This document shows, piece by piece, positions 28,119 to 32,000 of a stretch of 32,000 nucleotides of DNA (positions are counted from its first letter, which is position 1; the number at the start of each line of letters is the position of its first letter). The stretch is taken from NCBI RefSeq assembly GCF_000011805.1, contig NC_006840.2; one strand, written 5' to 3'. The notes beneath the pieces were generated by a model. That model saw only the letters and a program-made list of their open reading frames with translations. It did not search any database and was not told the DNA's origin. The translations under genes and the position numbers were made by a program. This stretch comes from Aliivibrio fischeri ES114. GTDB taxonomy: Bacteria > Pseudomonadota > Gammaproteobacteria > Enterobacterales > Vibrionaceae.

Positions 28119-29593
28119 AAATTGTCCGCCTCTGGCATATCACTATTCCAGAAATGAGGGTCCTTTTCCGTCGCTTTTTCTAGTAATTCATTTGCCTTTG
28201 CAACTAAGTATTTTGGTTGAGCTAAAACAATGTCCTCAGGAACACGTTGCCCATTTGCAATATAAGAGATTGGAAGGCCATTCTCTATAGTTACACTAAT
28301 TAATTCACCTAAACTTAGAGATTCATCGATTTTACTTAAAATACAACCAGATAATGGAATGCGTTTGAAGTGATCAATGGTTTCTTGCAGTACTCGGCGT
28401 TGTGCCGTTGCTGGCATCACAAGATAGCTATTAATTTGTGATCCACTGTTTTCCATAATCGTATCTAATTGTTCTGTTAAACGTACATCACGTTGTCCCA
28501 TACCTGCAGTATCCACAAGCACTAAACGACGATTACGTAATTGATACAGAACCGATGCTAATTCATCAGCATCTTTAGCAATTCGTACTGGACAGCCCAT
28601 AATGCGGCCATAAATAGCCAATTGTTCTTGAGCACCAATACGGAATGTATCTGTTGTAACTAATGCTACTTGGTCAGGACCATATTCCATTGCTGCACGA
28701 GCAGCTAATTTAGCAATAGTTGTTGTTTTGCCAACCCCTGTAGGACCTAATAATGCAATGATGCCACCACGTGATAGCGTATCCACTTTTGAGGTTGGGA
28801 TTTGCTCAGCAAGTAGTTTCAATAATGCAGGCCATGCATCTTTTGCTGGTACATCTTCTGGAATATAACAAGCAAGTTGATCAGCAAGCTCTTCTGATAA
28901 CCCCATTTTCTCTAGACGCTTAATAAGCATTGCTCGTAGAGGTTCACGACGCTCTACTTCCTGCCACATAAGACCAGATACTTGATGCTCTAATAAACGA
29001 CGAATAGATGACATTTCAGAGCGCATGTTTTCTAATTCTTCGTTCGATTCGTTATGCGAACGACGACCTTTCTCATAACGAGAAGGGTCTAATTTCGGTT
29101 GTGTTCGCTCAGTTGAATGTCGAACTGGCTCATCAGAAATAAGGTGCGCTAATTTTGGATTATTTTGAATCGCACGAGTCATTTCTGATGTATCTAATCT
29201 TGGAGTAGACGCAGAATTTGAATACGAGTTTGCTGATGACTGAGTCTGAAATTTAGACTGACGTTGCAATAACGCTGCTAAACTGTCTTCTTCACGCTCA
29301 GCTTTTTCTGGCTCAGGCTCTGGAGAACTATTATGTGAGCCATATTGCTTGATCATATTTGCAAAACGACGTGTCATAGAACCTTTACCAACACTCACCT
29401 TGTCTTCTTCAACTTGACGCTGTGATACTGCTGGAAATGATTGAGATTGCGCACTCGGATCAATAGCTGCAACAATTTCAATACCACCGGTTACTTTTTT
29501 ATTTGACATAATGACAGCGTCAACACCTAGCTCTTCTTTTACCTGAACCAGAGCAGAGCGCATGTCTTTTGCAAAAAATCGTTTAATTTTCAA
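28115..29593 (-). CDS. flhF: SRP-like GTPase FlhF, polar flagellar placement
   Basis: 492 aa. B-domain MKIKRFFAKDMRSALVQVKEELG. NG domain with GPTGVGKTTT, DTAGM and SKIDE. The start codon at 29593 is TTG, with AGGAA 8 nt upstream. Confidence 0.92.
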   Translation of the reverse strand: MKIKRFFAKDMRSALVQVKEELGVDAVIMSNKKVTGGIEIVAAIDPSAQSQSFPAVSQRQVEEDKVSVGKGSMTRRFANMIKQYGSHNSSPEPEPEKAEREEDSLAALLQRQSKFQTQSSANSYSNSASTPRLDTSEMTRAIQNNPKLAHLISDEPVRHSTERTQPKLDPSRYEKGRRSHNESNEELENMRSEMSSIRRLLEHQVSGLMWQEVERREPLRAMLIKRLEKMGLSEELADQLACYIPEDVPAKDAWPALLKLLAEQIPTSKVDTLSRGGIIALLGPTGVGKTTTIAKLAARAAMEYGPDQVALVTTDTFRIGAQEQLAIYGRIMGCPVRIAKDADELASVLYQLRNRRLVLVDTAGMGQRDVRLTEQLDTIMENSGSQINSYLVMPATAQRRVLQETIDHFKRIPLSGCILSKIDESLSLGELISVTIENGLPISYIANGQRVPEDIVLAQPKYLVAKANELLEKATEKDPHFWNSDMPEADNL

Positions 29594-29626
29594 TATCGTA
29601 TTCCTGCGTTAAATAAGTTGACGCGG

Positions 29627-31720
29627 TTAGTTACCAACAGCTTGAACAATTCTAATTTGTTTCTCATCAGGGATCTCTTGGTAAGAGAGAACTCGTAAGT
29701 TTGGAATCGTATTCTTCACAAACTTAGCTAATGTCGAACGTAATACCCCTGATGTTAACAGCACAGCTGCTTCGCCTTTTAACTCTTGCTCTTGAGTCGC
29801 TTGAGTTAATGATGCTTGCAGACGTTCTGCTAACCCTGGCTCAATACCAGTGGTCTCACCACCAGATGCCTGCATAGTTTGATGCAAGATTTGTTCCAAT
29901 TCAGGAATCAGAGTAATAACTGGCATTTCAGCCTCTATCCCATTGATTTCCTGAACAATTAATCGTTTTAATGAAATTCGAACAGCCGCCGTCAAAATGT
30001 CAGGTTCTTGACTTTTTGGCGCATATTCAGACAAAGTTTGGACAATGGTTCGAATATCACGAATTGGAATTGCTTCATTCAATAAATTCTGAAGCACTTT
30101 TACAACCGCACCCAGAGGTAATTGATCAGGAACCAGACCCTCAACTAACTTAGGTGAGCTCTGCGCCAACAACTCAAGTAAGTTCTGAACTTCTTCGTGA
30201 CCTAACAGCTGAGCTGCATTATTTGTTAATAACTGACTTAAGTGCGTTGCCAGTACTGTTGCTGCATCTACTACAGTATAGCCTAATGCTTGAGCGTGCT
30301 CTCTTTGCTCTTCATTAATCCAAACCGCTTCTAATCCAAACGCTGGATCAAATGTTGGTTCACCTTCAATCGAACCATAAACCTGACCTGGATTGATAGC
30401 CAATTCTTTATCAGGACGAATTTCTGCTTCACCACCAGCTACGCCCATTAGAGTAATACGATATACGTTTGGCGGTAATTCTAAGTTATCTCGAATATGT
30501 ACAGCAGGTACTAAGAAGCCAAAATCTTGAGATAGCTTCTTACGAACCCCTTTCACACGATCAAGTAATTCACCACCTTGCTCTTTATCTACCATAGGGA
30601 TCAAGCGGTAACCCACTTCTAAACCAATAACATCAACAGGTTGAACGTCATCCCATGATAATTCTTTTGGTTGTGAAGCCGACAGTTCCATTGGTGGTGC
30701 AGCTTTCTGCTCTTCGCTTTCTTGCTCTTTTTTCTTGGTTAAATAATACGACCAACCACCCGCTAATAATGCCAATAAGATGAATGGAAAATGGGGCATA
30801 CCAGGAACGATACCCATAACAAACATGATACCTGCTGTTACCATTAATGCTTTGGGATTATCAACTAATTGGAAAACCAGTTGTTCACCCATATCTTCAT
30901 CGGTGTTTTGGCGAGTAACCATAATAGCGGCACCAATCGATAAAAGAAGTGATGGAATTTGAGCAACCAAGCCATCACCAATCGTTAGCAATGTGTAGAT
31001 TTGAATCGCTTCACCAAAGCCAAGATTGAATTGCGCCATACCTATGGCAAGGCCACCAATGATGTTAATAAATAGAATAAGAATACCGGCGATGGCATCC
31101 CCTTTTACGAATTTAGAAGCACCGTCCATTGAACCATAAAAGTCCGCTTCTTTTGTCACTTCAAAACGACGAATACGTGCTTGATCTTGGTCAATCAAGC
31201 CTGCGTTTAAATCGGCATCGATCGCCATTTGTTTACCTGGTAATGCATCCAAGGTAAAACGAGCACTGACTTCAGAAATACGACCCGCACCTTTGGTTAC
31301 AACCATGAAGTTAATGATCATTAGGATAATGAATACAATTAAACCAACCGCATAGTTACCACCGATAACCACATTACCAAAAGCATCGATAACGTGACCT
31401 GCGGCACCAGGCCCTTCATGACCATGTAAAAGAACCACTCGTGTTGAAGCAACGTTCAAAGCAAGACGTAATAGTGTTGATACCAGAAGTATCGTCGGAA
31501 ACGCTGCAAAATCCAGAGGTCGGCGGGTATAGATAGTCACAAGTAACACCACCATGGCTAAGGCAATGTTAAAGGTAAACATTAAATCGAGTAAGAAGGC
31601 CGGTATGGGTAAAATTACCATTGCCAGTGTGGACAACACTAATACAGGTACACCGATTGGTGGTATACCTCGCCCCTGTAGAGCTGATAATTTATTTGGC
31701 AGCGGAATTGGAAATTTCAT
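29627..31720 (-). CDS. flhA: Flagellar type III export gate protein FlhA
   Basis: 697 aa. The N-terminal 8-TM region contains RISEVSARFTLDALPGKQMAIDADL (FHIPEP family), followed by the cytoplasmic C-terminal domain. Confidence 0.94.
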   Translation of the reverse strand: MKFPIPLPNKLSALQGRGIPPIGVPVLVLSTLAMVILPIPAFLLDLMFTFNIALAMVVLLVTIYTRRPLDFAAFPTILLVSTLLRLALNVASTRVVLLHGHEGPGAAGHVIDAFGNVVIGGNYAVGLIVFIILMIINFMVVTKGAGRISEVSARFTLDALPGKQMAIDADLNAGLIDQDQARIRRFEVTKEADFYGSMDGASKFVKGDAIAGILILFINIIGGLAIGMAQFNLGFGEAIQIYTLLTIGDGLVAQIPSLLLSIGAAIMVTRQNTDEDMGEQLVFQLVDNPKALMVTAGIMFVMGIVPGMPHFPFILLALLAGGWSYYLTKKKEQESEEQKAAPPMELSASQPKELSWDDVQPVDVIGLEVGYRLIPMVDKEQGGELLDRVKGVRKKLSQDFGFLVPAVHIRDNLELPPNVYRITLMGVAGGEAEIRPDKELAINPGQVYGSIEGEPTFDPAFGLEAVWINEEQREHAQALGYTVVDAATVLATHLSQLLTNNAAQLLGHEEVQNLLELLAQSSPKLVEGLVPDQLPLGAVVKVLQNLLNEAIPIRDIRTIVQTLSEYAPKSQEPDILTAAVRISLKRLIVQEINGIEAEMPVITLIPELEQILHQTMQASGGETTGIEPGLAERLQASLTQATQEQELKGEAAVLLTSGVLRSTLAKFVKNTIPNLRVLSYQEIPDEKQIRIVQAVGN

Positions 31721-31799
31721 TAACTTCTACTTCTTCTAAACTCGTATTTCTTACGAAATAAATATTAAGTGACTAATAGCGTAATTACTTTGCTACTAA

Positions 31800-31815
31800 A
31801 GCAAATTTCGAGCCA
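31800..31815 (-). promoter_or_regulatory. Candidate sigma54 (-24/-12) promoter of the flhA operon
   Basis: Minus strand reads TGGCTCgaaatTTGCT against the consensus TGGCAC-N5-TTGCW. GG (31814-31813) and GC (31802-31801) have the canonical spacing. The -12 GC lies about 80 nt upstream of the flhA ATG. Confidence 0.6.
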
Positions 31816-31938
31816 GATTAATGTCACTTTTTTGGCTTGTTCTCGCTCCTTTTTTGGCATATTAGCACAATCTTGCAAATTCAATACTAACTATTTAATT
31901 TTAAAAGAAAAATAAGAAACTTAATTGAAAAAAATGCG

Positions 31939-31983
31939 GTTCTTTGTATAATTAATCCTTTGTTCTTTGTATAATTAACCCTT
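31939..31983. repeat. Tandem 22-nt direct repeat (period 23 bp) upstream of the flhA promoter
   Basis: gttctttgtataattaatcctt (31939-31960) and gttctttgtataattaaccctt (31962-31983) differ at one position. They lie about 125-170 bp upstream of the sigma54 element. Confidence 0.85.
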
Positions 31984-32000
31984 TATTTATTTCTTGGTGT

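Noticed and set aside
19093-31739. Antisense short ORFs across the flagellar/che operon (e.g. 19093-19299, 19420-19602, 19632-19823, 20927-21112, 22895-23125, 23859-24095, 24185-24587, 24947-25129, 25947-26156, 26184-26633, 27337-27528, 27688-28095, 29971-30153, 30780-30962, 31554-31739)
   Set aside because: They are shadow ORFs opposite highly conserved genes. The longest (149 and 135 aa) are Ser/Cys/Pro-rich with no domain-like features and cross gene junctions of the real operon.
31827-31880. Plus-strand sigma54-like strings (TGGCTTgttctcGCT, TGGCATattagCAC, AGCACaatcTTGCA)
   Set aside because: GG-to-GC spacing is off by one, or the -12 TTGC is missing. They would point away from flhA toward unseen sequence. 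The minus-strand element at 31800-31815 fits the consensus and spacing much better.
1-32000. Search for mobile elements, integrases, toxin-antitoxin pairs, defence systems, CRISPR, tRNA/rRNA genes
   Set aside because: None was recognisable. Every ORF over 150 aa is assigned to a conserved housekeeping, flagellar or chemotaxis family. Apart from the short island at 8320-8520, I saw no obvious large-scale compositional break by eye. The window looks like core genome rather than an accessory island.

Overview
This window looks like conserved core chromosome of a low-GC Vibrionaceae, possibly Aliivibrio or Photobacterium; that assignment comes from gene content, protein similarity to Vibrio homologues as recalled, and AT-richness, not from a search. 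It contains four blocks. (1) The 3' part of an M16 zinc peptidase gene runs off the left edge. (2) A fatty-acid uptake and degradation block holds fadI-fadJ on the minus strand, divergent from two tandem fadL paralogs; each of the three units has a FadR-like operator. (3) A DUF2238 membrane protein gene, mlaA (vacJ) and the complete System I cytochrome c maturation operon ccmABCDEFGHI follow. (4) The polar-flagellum and chemotaxis operon reads flhA-flhF-flhG-fliA-cheY-cheZ-cheA-cheB-parC-parP-cheW-DUF2802 on the minus strand, with a good sigma54 -24/-12 element upstream of flhA. I saw no transposase, integrase, CRISPR array, tRNA/rRNA or obvious defence or accessory island, and no convincing evidence of a wholly new multi-gene system. 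The observations most worth follow-up are listed here. CheA carries three 44-aa-periodic copies of a CheZ-C-terminus-like peptide where a P2 domain is expected. The small DUF2802 membrane protein and the ParC/ParP pair are embedded in the che operon. An orphan Rho-independent terminator sits in the 865-bp fadI-fadL spacer and may mark an sRNA. An (AGGTTTC)x5 heptamer array with an inverted partner lies at a convergent gene junction. A GC-rich structured island lies between the two fadL genes. The flhA upstream region has a repeat/A-tract/sigma54 layout. Several ORF-track starts were revised using RBS, signal-peptide or terminator evidence. All antisense shadow ORFs were rejected.
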